Virus record (IMG/VR): IMGVR_UViG_3300045988_078497
Coordinates: 1-59,644 of that record
Length of the DNA: 59,644 nt
Reading direction: 5' to 3' (one strand)
DNA from: a virus
This document shows, piece by piece, positions 43,648-51,092 of the stretch. Made by a program: the position numbers and the translations under genes. How positions within the stretch are numbered: position 1 is the first letter of the stretch; the number at the start of each line of letters is the position of its first letter. Under the pieces are notes generated by a model. The model was not told the DNA's origin. It searched no databases and saw nothing but the letters and a program-made list of their open reading frames with translations.

Positions 43648-44313
43648 TTATTGGTTATCCTCTTCTAATTGTGTTTGATTGTCGCACAATTCAACCGGTT
43701 TATTTCGCCCTAACTTCGGCAGCTGATCCGCTGTTAACGCTGTTCGCTGTCTGTTGCTGTCGCTTGTGTATGGGCTTGCCCAACCATGTCGCCTGTTTAA
43801 TACTGCGATCACCCCAACGGGGTTCTGTTTGCCGGTCACCAGCTTATCGCTAAGACTTTCCTCGTTAAATGTCATTAACTTTTTGTAAATCTTGAAACCA
43901 CCGTCGCTTAGTTTAGCTCTGTTATTTCCCCATTCGGTAATGGTTAGATTATTAATACCTGTTAATGTACTAAAACCCAATATACTAACCTCTTTATCAT
44001 ACTGCATACATAGTTTATATATATATATATCTACTATATCTAACAATAGATCATAGTTATATGCATTATTATTAGTTATAAATAAGCCGTTATTATAATC
44101 TGGCTTGCTTTTTAACTGGTTAGTACCTTTGAACACATGGCTGTATATGTAATATAGACATGCGTTCCAGATAGATTGACTTTCTTTCTTTAGGTCATCA
44201 ATGTCATTTTCTTCACAAAAAAGATGCAAATACATGTCGAAATCATTTTCGTATACCTCCAGAACGTCCGTTACTTCCTGCGCCTGGTCTCTGGTTTCTC
44301 CTGCTCTTTTCAT
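43648..44313 (-). CDS. terS: Terminase small subunit
   Basis: ...VSILGFSTLTGINNLTITEWGNN...SLSDKLVTGKQNPVGVIAVLNRRHGW pattern recalled from Firmicutes-phage TerS proteins. Confidence 0.65.
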   Translation of the reverse strand: MKRAGETRDQAQEVTDVLEVYENDFDMYLHLFCEENDIDDLKKESQSIWNACLYYIYSHVFKGTNQLKSKPDYNNGLFITNNNAYNYDLLLDIVDIYIYKLCMQYDKEVSILGFSTLTGINNLTITEWGNNRAKLSDGGFKIYKKLMTFNEESLSDKLVTGKQNPVGVIAVLNRRHGWASPYTSDSNRQRTALTADQLPKLGRNKPVELCDNQTQLEEDNQ

Positions 44314-44663
44314 GTTTTACACCTCTTTTCATTTTCTGGATAAATAAAAAACGCCCGCAGATCTGTAAAAGACCTGTGAGCGAATAGTTACTTTTTTGCC
44401 GTCCCTGCTCTTTTCGTTTCCCCGCCAATGCTTTCTCCATAATCGGCAGCTTGGAGCACTAAAACGGGGGCCACTTGAATTTCCTGAAATCAAGATAGCA
44501 TTTATTTTTTAAACTGTCAATAACTTTTTACTATCACTACTCTGAGTATTATTGTATACAATATCCGCGCCTATTATAAATATATATAATATAAATACTC
44601 CATTGATTATAATAAAAATAATAAAAAACAGGGTTAATAGATAAAATATACTGTGTAGGAATA

Positions 44664-44740
44664 GGGGTTAAAAGATGGGTATTAGATAAGATAGGGGTGT
44701 GGGGGAAGAAAAGGAAAAGGGAAGATATCGGGGAAAGGGG
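44664..44740 (+). repeat. Cluster of seven G-runs (GGG-GGGGG) in 77 nt, includes ATAGGGGT x2
   Basis: ataGGGGttaaaagatGGGtattagataagataGGGGtgtGGGGGaagaaaaggaaaaGGGaagatatcGGGGaaaGGGG. Confidence 0.8.
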
Positions 44741-44898
44741 TATAAAAATTTGCATTGGATACAATTTGTATACATGTTGGATGCATTCACGATTTGTTCT
44801 ATAAAACGCGCATTTTCGTTCTCAAAACATTTATTTTCAACCACTATTTTTTCCACTTTTAACGCATTTTTTTATACACTCACCCGGTCGTGTCTATT

Positions 44899-44920
44899 AG
44901 TGTGTCCGCCAGTGTGTCCG
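44899..44920. repeat. Two adjacent AGTGTGTCCG(c/t)(c/t) 12-mers, one mismatch from the iterons inside the replisome-organizer gene
   Basis: tAGTGTGTCCGCCAGTGTGTCCGTTgatg versus 56975-57010 AGTGTATCCGTT / ACTGTGTCCGTT. Confidence 0.7.
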
Positions 44921-45063
44921 TTGATGTGGTCGACCGTGTACCACATAAAAATATAATATCTTCGCAAAGTCGCATAAATAAAGGCTTTGCACGTGTTCGG
45001 AAGGTGTACCGGTTTCAGTTCGCTTTTCGTTCGCAATCTGTTTCACGCGGTCTGATCTGGACA

Positions 45064-45090
45064 GAAAAAAGACGGTCAGAAATGACCGCC
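45064..45090 (-). terminator. Bidirectional rho-independent terminator after the 45548-45097 gene pair
   Basis: cggtca-gaaa-tgaccg stem-loop; T-tracts on both strands. Confidence 0.7.
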
Positions 45091-45096
45091 TTAATT

Positions 45097-45279
45097 TTAT
45101 TTTTTACAAACTGTACAGACGCTTGGCATGTCTGCCGTTATGTCTTTGCCCTCAAGATCATGCGACCCAGGAAAAGCATACATACAACCGGAACAGCCGT
45201 ATTTCACAGCACCGGTGCAACATTCCTTGTAGCTCACCTCAGAAGTGAGCTTATATTTTTTCATTCCCTCTTTTGTCAT
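45097..45279 (-). CDS. Small Cys-rich protein (60 aa)
   Basis: ORF track; KECCTGAVKYGCSGCMY...CTVCKK. Confidence 0.5.
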   Translation of the reverse strand: MTKEGMKKYKLTSEVSYKECCTGAVKYGCSGCMYAFPGSHDLEGKDITADMPSVCTVCKK

Positions 45280-45296
45280 CTTTTTTCCCTCCTGTT

Positions 45297-45548
45297 TTAT
45301 TTCTTTGCTATGTACAGATAATCGTAATCGCCTAAAGTATAGGCTTTAAAATCTGCAACGTATTTTTGTTCTTTATCGCCTCTCTGGATCTCATCTGCAA
45401 ATACTTTCGCCGCTTCCAGGTCCGAGAAAAGGCCAAAAGTCAAATCGTAATTTTTCCAGTCTTCATATTCTTCAAACACTATGAAACCGCCGGTTTCCTC
45501 GGCTTGTTCAAAATCTATTTTGTATTTTTTAACGTCTTTCCATTTCAT
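45297..45548 (-). CDS. Hypothetical protein (83 aa)
   Basis: ORF track. Confidence 0.5.
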   Translation of the reverse strand: MKWKDVKKYKIDFEQAEETGGFIVFEEYEDWKNYDLTFGLFSDLEAAKVFADEIQRGDKEQKYVADFKAYTLGDYDYLYIAKK

Positions 45549-45589
45549 GTCTTTTCTCCTTTTCTGTTGCTGGTTTATTTGTTGAAATT

Positions 45590-45636
45590 ATAATAACATA
45601 TGTGCGTTATAAAGTCAATGAATATATGTGCGTTAT
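45590..45636. repeat. 47-bp direct repeat, copy 1 (contains two TATGTGCGTTAT cores)
   Basis: ataataacatatgtgcgttataaagtcaatgaatatatgtgcgttat identical to 45850-45896. Confidence 0.9.
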
Positions 45637-45818
45637 TTTAAAATTTTTTCGAGTTCATCCAATTTTGCAATCACTGTATCACGTATGAATGCGGAATTAG
45701 ATTTTTCCAACCCCAACGCCTCGATGCGTTCTTTCGTTCCTTTTGGGAATACAATATTCAATCTATAGTTGTTTTTCTCATATCTTCTTATAGCTTCTTT
45801 CTGCGCTTCTGTTGCCAT
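45633..45818 (-). CDS. Ribbon-helix-helix (Arc/CopG-type) regulator
   Basis: MATEAQKEAIRRYEKNNYRLNIVFPKGTKERIEALGLEKSNSAFIRDTVIAKLDE: beta-strand then two helices typical of RHH. Confidence 0.65.
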   Translation of the reverse strand: MATEAQKEAIRRYEKNNYRLNIVFPKGTKERIEALGLEKSNSAFIRDTVIAKLDELEKILK

Positions 45819-45849
45819 TTTTCGCCCTCCTTTTTCATTTATATATGAA

Positions 45850-45979
45850 ATAATAACATATGTGCGTTATAAAGTCAATGAATATATGTGCGTTATACGA
45901 TTTACACAAGAAAATCACGTTTATATGTGCGTTATTTTGTGTATTATTCCGTCTGTACTTTTGCGTATATGTGCGTTAT
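45850..45979. promoter_or_regulatory. 47-bp repeat copy 2 plus two further TATGTGCGTTAT cores: putative operator array in the divergent promoter region
   Basis: Cores at 45859, 45885, 45924, 45968 (plus 45599 and 45625 in copy 1). Confidence 0.7.
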
Positions 45980-46029
45980 ACTATAACCAAGTTAAGAAAC
46001 AAAAAAACAGATCGCAGGAGGAAAAGAAA

Positions 46030-46524
46030 ATGACAGAAACAAAAATTTATTTAAACACATGGGGCGCATATAACAACGGTTGCATCGGTTATGGTTGGAT
46101 GACCGCAGACGAAGCAGAAGAATTTATCGAAGAGGACCCGGAACGCGACGGCGGCGAGTGGTTCATCGCTGACATCGATAACTATTTGGGGGTTGAATTT
46201 CGCAACCTCAATTATAGCAACGTCGATGACGTTATAGAAACAATAAAGGAACTTGAGGGCATGGAAGAATACGAACGCAACGAGGTAGTAGCATTAATGG
46301 AGTATTTGAGCACAGAGGACGTTCAAGAAGCCATTGAAAAGCATGATAGCCATATTTTTTATGAGGACATTGAAAGTTATCATGACAGTTGCGACGAGCT
46401 TATAGAGCAGGAATTACAAAGCTCTGCTTCTATCGTGATGAGATACTTCGATTATGACGCATATCATCGTGATTGCGATTTTGACGTTTACGAAGCATCA
46501 AACGGCATTGTGATAGCCTCATAA
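46030..46524 (+). CDS. ardA: ArdA-like antirestriction protein (164 aa, very acidic)
   Basis: MTETKIYLNTWGAYNNGCIGYGWMTADEAEEFIEEDPERDGGEWFIAD resembles the ArdA N-terminal pattern; GCAGGAGGAAAAG RBS. Confidence 0.6.
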   Translation: MTETKIYLNTWGAYNNGCIGYGWMTADEAEEFIEEDPERDGGEWFIADIDNYLGVEFRNLNYSNVDDVIETIKELEGMEEYERNEVVALMEYLSTEDVQEAIEKHDSHIFYEDIESYHDSCDELIEQELQSSASIVMRYFDYDAYHRDCDFDVYEASNGIVIAS

Positions 46525-46605
46525 ATAGCCGAAACGCCCGCCAGGGCGTCCACCGCGGGACGGTCTCCCGGTACTGACGATGGCAGACCAGAAAGGGAAA
46601 TAGAC

Positions 46606-46794
46606 ATGAAAAAATCAAAACTTTGTATCATTTTACTTTGTGCAGCATCTTTTTTTGCTGGCGTGCTGGTCTCTCAGTCGTCACAGGTCCAAAAAATGGA
46701 AAATGCGTTTTCAACGGTGGCCAGCTACAAAGAGGATGAAAACGGAATTGACTTGTATACATATGACGGCAATGTATACAGATTGAACAAATAA
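46606..46794 (+). CDS. Small secreted/lipoprotein-like protein (62 aa)
   Basis: MKKSKLCIILLCAASFFAG signal-like N-terminus. Confidence 0.5.
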   Translation: MKKSKLCIILLCAASFFAGVLVSQSSQVQKMENAFSTVASYKEDENGIDLYTYDGNVYRLNK

Positions 46795-46874
46795 TGTGCA
46801 TATCATAAAAAAAGGCAACGCCGGGCGAAGTTCCGGCGCATTGCTATATTTTGAAAAATTGGAGGATATGAAAA

Positions 46875-47135
46875 ATGAGATCTTATATTTTGCACTTAAA
46901 AGGCGAAAACAAGCTTGTGACGGAAGCTGAAGCAATCCAGGAAGCAGAAAGACAGGAGAAAGCCGGAACGGTTCCGCGCTATGCATGGCGGGATTATAAA
47001 ACAGGCGAACCGATCACGCCGCCCGGCTGGCTTGTATGGTCAACGTATGCGGACGGTTGCGGGGTCGTTTATCGCAGATCAGACGGGAAAATGGTACTTG
47101 TCACAGGTTGGCAATGTGAATTTGTTTGCAATTAG
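46875..47135 (+). CDS. Hypothetical protein (86 aa)
   Basis: ORF track; GGAGGATATGAAAAATG context. Confidence 0.5.
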   Translation: MRSYILHLKGENKLVTEAEAIQEAERQEKAGTVPRYAWRDYKTGEPITPPGWLVWSTYADGCGVVYRRSDGKMVLVTGWQCEFVCN

Positions 47136-47157
47136 ACGGATTTATTCCGGCTTTTTG
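47135..47157 (+). terminator. Weak rho-independent terminator ending the plus-strand island
   Basis: gacgga-tttat-tccggc then TTTTT. Confidence 0.5.
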
Positions 47158-47973
47158 TCGTGCCGTCAATGGTTATTTTGCCCGGTTCGATTCCGGCGGG
47201 CGGTCTTTCTGGCATCCCGTGGCTATATGCTGCACGGTGAATTTTTGGCGCGTTTATGCGTTCCGCAGCTGTCAGCGGTAAAAAATGGCGGTTCGTGTGC
47301 GTTTCTGCATCCGGCACACGGTTAGAAAAAAAGATCAGATGTAGCGCAGCGGCGACCGCGTCAGAATCGCACTGGCTCAAGACAAGCAATGCCGGTTATA
47401 ATTGTGCTTGCGTTTTGGTGCTGGCGTGCCACCAAATAAAAACAGATCACGCCCGGAACGCTGACCGCATCCAGCAATAAAAAGAAAAAAATAACCGTTA
47501 CATTTTACAAATTAAAAAAATAACGGTTTATTTGTAGAACCTTGAAAAATAAATAAAAGGGGCTTTATTAAGTGCGCCCGGAAGCATGGGGGAGCGATGC
47601 GCACGAAAAAATATATGTATACAATATACTTTTTTGCATTTTATTGACTGCGCCATTTTTATTAGTGTATGCTATGGGCGACTAGATACGTATTGCAACG
47701 GTGGCAGCGCGCGACATGCGCGCCAGGTCGCTAAATTATCAGAATTGTTTCAAGTTGTCAGAAAATAACGAATCCGTTTTAAAATCCGGTCAAAATCTGG
47801 TCGAAATTTTGAAATTTGCCGATCTGGTTTTTCAATCTGAAAATCGGTACCCCGGGGGGTATCAAAATCAACCAGGACATTCCGCGGCACTTGTGATTTT
47901 GAAAAAAATTTCCGCGAAAATCTCGCAAAAATCCAACCGAAAAATTGAAATTTGCAATTTTGAAATCCTTGCT

Positions 47974-47997
47974 CAAAATTAAGACCCAGGGGGGCTT
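47974..47997 (-). terminator. Possible terminator after the small HTH gene
   Basis: aagaccc-agg-ggggctt imperfect stem, AATTTTG on the minus strand. Confidence 0.35.
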
Positions 47998-48151
47998 AAA
48001 ATTTTGCTAGACCATTTTTGACAGATTCCATCGTAAACAAAATTGCTTTGCTTGTGTATGTGCTTACACTCAGTTCTTCCAGTAGCCGCTCCCTTGTCAT
48101 TCCCGGATTTGTCTTGTGTATATATTCCAATAGTTCATCAATTTTATTCAT
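47996..48151 (-). CDS. Small HTH-like protein (51 aa)
   Basis: TAATG coupling to ImmA-like stop; MNKIDELLEYIHKTNPGMTRERLLEELSVSTYTSKAILFTMESVKNGLAKF. Confidence 0.45.
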   Translation of the reverse strand: MNKIDELLEYIHKTNPGMTRERLLEELSVSTYTSKAILFTMESVKNGLAKF

Positions 48152-48471
48152 TATGCAACTCCTATCTGCATATTTGCCATTAATTCATCAAGAAGATATA
48201 TCAAGTCCGTACCGTACAGACTTATCCAGTCCGCAAGGTACTCTTCCTGTTCAATAGGCATGGATATGTTATGTGAAAAGCAGAAACAATGGCATAGTTC
48301 GTGAGCCAATATTTTGCGTAAATAGCCATTTTTAGGAATATTTGATAAATACACCGTCTTGTCGTTCCAATCGCTCACAGCAAGGCTATGAGAACCGTCA
48401 GAACGCATTAAATGTTCACTGTTCCCATTCACAAATAATATTCTCCAAAGTATACCGTTAATCTCAAACAT
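48151..48471 (-). CDS. ImmA/IrrE-like small zinc metallopeptidase (HExxH)
   Basis: YLRKILAHELCHCF HEXXH motif; GGAGGT RBS before ATG 48471. Confidence 0.6.
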   Translation of the reverse strand: MFEINGILWRILFVNGNSEHLMRSDGSHSLAVSDWNDKTVYLSNIPKNGYLRKILAHELCHCFCFSHNISMPIEQEEYLADWISLYGTDLIYLLDELMANMQIGVA

Positions 48472-48530
48472 AAGTACCTCCAAAAAAAGAAACCACCAAC
48501 CGAATACTGGTTAATGGTTTCTAATTATTG

Positions 48531-49199
48531 TTACTGGTATAATTTTTCTACTGTTCTAAGATATGTGTCTGCCAGTTCTGCCAATTCTGGGAAATAGCTA
48601 ACAATATCAAGCGCATACACTGGCTTTTTGCCAAGTTCCGCTTCGTAAATTTCATTTGTGGCTTCTAAATCGTATTCTTCGCCAAGTCGCAAAAGAATAT
48701 TGTGGTTTAGCGTCTCCACCGGCACATCCTCCTGTTTGCATATCCATTTGATTCTACGTCTATTTCTCATGTACCAGTTTGGATTTTTCGGAACCGGTGT
48801 ATTGCTTGTGTGATACTTTTGCCTTACTGCCGGAACGGATGCGGTTGTTCTAACGTTGAAATACGCATTTACAAGCTGTCTCTGCACTTGCCATGATAAA
48901 TCATCCGTAAAAGACTTTACTATCATCAGATAACCGCTTTCTGTGATCAAGTAAGTTATAAGACTTGGATTTCCCTTTATTTTTTCTTTAGGGGAATATC
49001 GTTCCCCCAATTCTTTTCTTGTTATTTCAAAATAATCCTCACCTAATACAAAATGCTTTTTATGCTTTTGGAAAGATTTCTTTGCAGTATCTGTTTTCTT
49101 ACCATGCACCTTGTCTATATCTTTCAGTGTAACAACTCTTTGCCCGTTGTACTCACGAATTTGCATTTCTGCATCTTCAATCGTAATCATATCATTCAT
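48531..49199 (-). CDS. ORF6N/KilA-N-like anti-repressor
   Basis: IREYNGQRVVTLKDIDKVHGKKTDTAKKSFQKHKKHFVLGEDYFEI typical ORF6N pattern; start at ATG 49199 after GGGGGGA. Confidence 0.6.
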   Translation of the reverse strand: MNDMITIEDAEMQIREYNGQRVVTLKDIDKVHGKKTDTAKKSFQKHKKHFVLGEDYFEITRKELGERYSPKEKIKGNPSLITYLITESGYLMIVKSFTDDLSWQVQRQLVNAYFNVRTTASVPAVRQKYHTSNTPVPKNPNWYMRNRRRIKWICKQEDVPVETLNHNILLRLGEEYDLEATNEIYEAELGKKPVYALDIVSYFPELAELADTYLRTVEKLYQ

Positions 49200-49215
49200 T
49201 GTATTATCCCCCCAA

Positions 49216-49461
49216 TCAAACAGCAGGTGTATACGTTCCATTCATTATGCCAATAGCCAACTTCATTCCTGTAACAGCATAAAAATAGTTGCTTTCTGCT
49301 GCACAGTCATTAAATATTTCTTCTAACTCAGAATAAACTTTATCACTAACAATGTCTTTGAGTTTATTCATAAATGGCTTGAAAACTTCCAAGTACTTAT
49401 CTCCCTGCTCAGCATTACCCATAATCTGATTAGTACATACAATTTCTAAAAAATTATCCAT
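49216..49461 (-). CDS. Hypothetical protein (81 aa)
   Basis: ORF track. Confidence 0.5.
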   Translation of the reverse strand: MDNFLEIVCTNQIMGNAEQGDKYLEVFKPFMNKLKDIVSDKVYSELEEIFNDCAAESNYFYAVTGMKLAIGIMNGTYTPAV

Positions 49462-49576
49462 AATATTTTACCTCACTTTAGAATTTTTCTTGAAATGAGA
49501 TAATCTCTATGATAAAATATTTCACAGAGATTTATCTCACTTTTAGAGTAGTCACTTACCGGCAAGTAGAGTTTGA

Positions 49577-49750
49577 CTACTCTTTTTCTTTTTCCAAAAG
49601 AAGATTTATTCCTCTCCTTATAGCTTCGCCTTTGGTAATGTTGTATTTTTCACAATAAAATTTCAACTTAATTTCCGTTTTTTCATCAAGGCGAATACTA
49701 AACCTGCTTAGTTTTGGATTGTCAACTTTTGGGCGACCTATTGGTGACAT
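49577..49750 (-). CDS. Ribbon-helix-helix (CopG-like) protein (57 aa)
   Basis: MSPIGRPKVDNPKLSRFSIRLDEKTEIKLKFYCEKYNITKGEAIRRGINLLLEKEKE; below the track cutoff. Confidence 0.55.
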   Translation of the reverse strand: MSPIGRPKVDNPKLSRFSIRLDEKTEIKLKFYCEKYNITKGEAIRRGINLLLEKEKE

Positions 49751-49887
49751 TTGATCACTTCCTTTCTTGTCACACCTTTATTATAGTTTGTGTCACACCA
49801 AAAGTCAAGAGTTATTTTCAAATAAAAACCATTAACCAATATTCAGTTTTCAAAGTTCAGAAATAGGGGCATTTCTGCCCCTACCAT

Positions 49888-50541
49888 TTACATCTTAGAC
49901 ACCAGTGTAGACATCTTTGCTTTAATCATAGACCGTTCTTCCGGTGTCATATCGCCAAGCATGTCTGTTACGTCCTCGCTCAAGTCTTTCATGTATTTTT
50001 CCAGATCACGCATCTTTGCTTCTTTGTCATGTTGTGTATTTGCCCGGTGAAGCTCTTTGCTCTCCATGTATGTCTTACGGCTCATGCCACTTCTGCCCTC
50101 TCTGGAATCACGCATAGCACTGTCAGAAATGCGTGATGGTTCAGAATAGTACATTCTACCTATTCTGTCTCTATCCATGTCCCGTCCGTCAGTCCAATCA
50201 TGGTACATTTCCGGAGTCATGTGCCAGTATGGCCTTTCCTCATATCCTCTGCGCGTTCCTCTTCCTTTAGGTGCGAAACGTCCGTTTGCATATCGGTAAT
50301 TGTCGTAAAATCTCCTACCACCATCGCCGTATCTATCGAACATTTCCATGATCTCATCTGTTTCAGATTCATCCATTGCTTTGGTTAGTGTTCTGTAATA
50401 CATGGCTTCCGCAAGGTCTTTGAGCATGTCTGTTACCTGCCCCATCTCTACCGGATCAACATTCTCTATCCCTTTGTTGAACTCACTTTCAGCACACTCT
50501 GCAATTTTCTCAATCATGCAATGCATTCTTTTAATATCCAT
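49888..50541 (-). CDS. Cargo protein, R/D/E/Y/M-rich (217 aa), unknown function
   Basis: ...RYGDGGRRFYDNYRYANGRFAPKGRGTRRGYEERPYWHMTPEMYHDW...GRMYYSEPS...; no family recognised. Confidence 0.55.
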   Translation of the reverse strand: MDIKRMHCMIEKIAECAESEFNKGIENVDPVEMGQVTDMLKDLAEAMYYRTLTKAMDESETDEIMEMFDRYGDGGRRFYDNYRYANGRFAPKGRGTRRGYEERPYWHMTPEMYHDWTDGRDMDRDRIGRMYYSEPSRISDSAMRDSREGRSGMSRKTYMESKELHRANTQHDKEAKMRDLEKYMKDLSEDVTDMLGDMTPEERSMIKAKMSTLVSKM

Positions 50542-50545
50542 AACT

Positions 50546-50968
50546 CTACGCCTCCCTTGTTACAACTAAGTTAGCGTTAGCTACGTCAATAGCAACACCA
50601 CTGGTGTTCTCAACGGCGATGTTTACGCAACAGCCTTTCGGAACATCTACATAGATTCCAGTCGAAACATTATTGAACTGCGACACTGCTGCCGGTGTAG
50701 AAATCATCTGTGAAGAAAGAACCGGTTCACCACTAATTGCGATTGCCAGAGAAATTTCTCCGGCCGTACCGCCAGTAGGAACGGCAATATTTGCAGAAAA
50801 ATCTACAAAATATCTCGCCCGGCACTGATTTGTGATCCCTCTAAGCGTAACAATTCCAGAACCCTCTCTGTGTTGAATACAGTTAGAGCCTCTAACTGCT
50901 GTGTTTGTAAAAACAACATTTCCGTTAGCAGCCACTTCCTGTGACGCAACAGCTAAATATTCTGCCAT
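50546..50968 (-). CDS. Cargo protein, beta-rich, BclA-C/C1q-TNF-like jelly-roll suspected (140 aa)
   Basis: ...RYFVDFSANIAVPTGGTAGEISLAIAISGEPVLSSQM...VNIAVENTSGVAIDVANANLVVTRE alternation resembles exosporium BclA C-terminal domains. Confidence 0.5.
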   Translation of the reverse strand: MAEYLAVASQEVAANGNVVFTNTAVRGSNCIQHREGSGIVTLRGITNQCRARYFVDFSANIAVPTGGTAGEISLAIAISGEPVLSSQMISTPAAVSQFNNVSTGIYVDVPKGCCVNIAVENTSGVAIDVANANLVVTREA

Positions 50969-51092
50969 ATAATTTACCTCCTAAATCGAATTTAGGGGCA
51001 AACAACAGTCTGCCCCTTATCACTGTAATACTGCTAAAGCAGACATAACCTTGGATAAAACTTGGTTAAGTTACTCTTATTCTGTTGTGCTT

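Noticed and set aside
45590-45979. Repeat/spacer-like pattern that at first glance resembles a mini-CRISPR array
   Set aside because: The cores are only 12 nt, the spacing is irregular (26, 234, 26, 39, 44 nt), one interval contains a complete RHH gene, and there are no cas genes. It is better explained as operators.
46530-46605. Two GC-rich hairpins after the ArdA-like gene, considered as a terminator
   Set aside because: No T-tract follows, and the next gene starts immediately with its own RBS. They may be an RNA stability or processing element, but the evidence is too thin to call.
47182-47196. tRNA gene or tRNA 3' fragment used as the attP core
   Set aside because: Only a 4-bp T stem plus loop is present, with no matching acceptor strand. 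The integrase arm-type repeats are 6 kb away. It is kept only as a feature of the ORF-free region.
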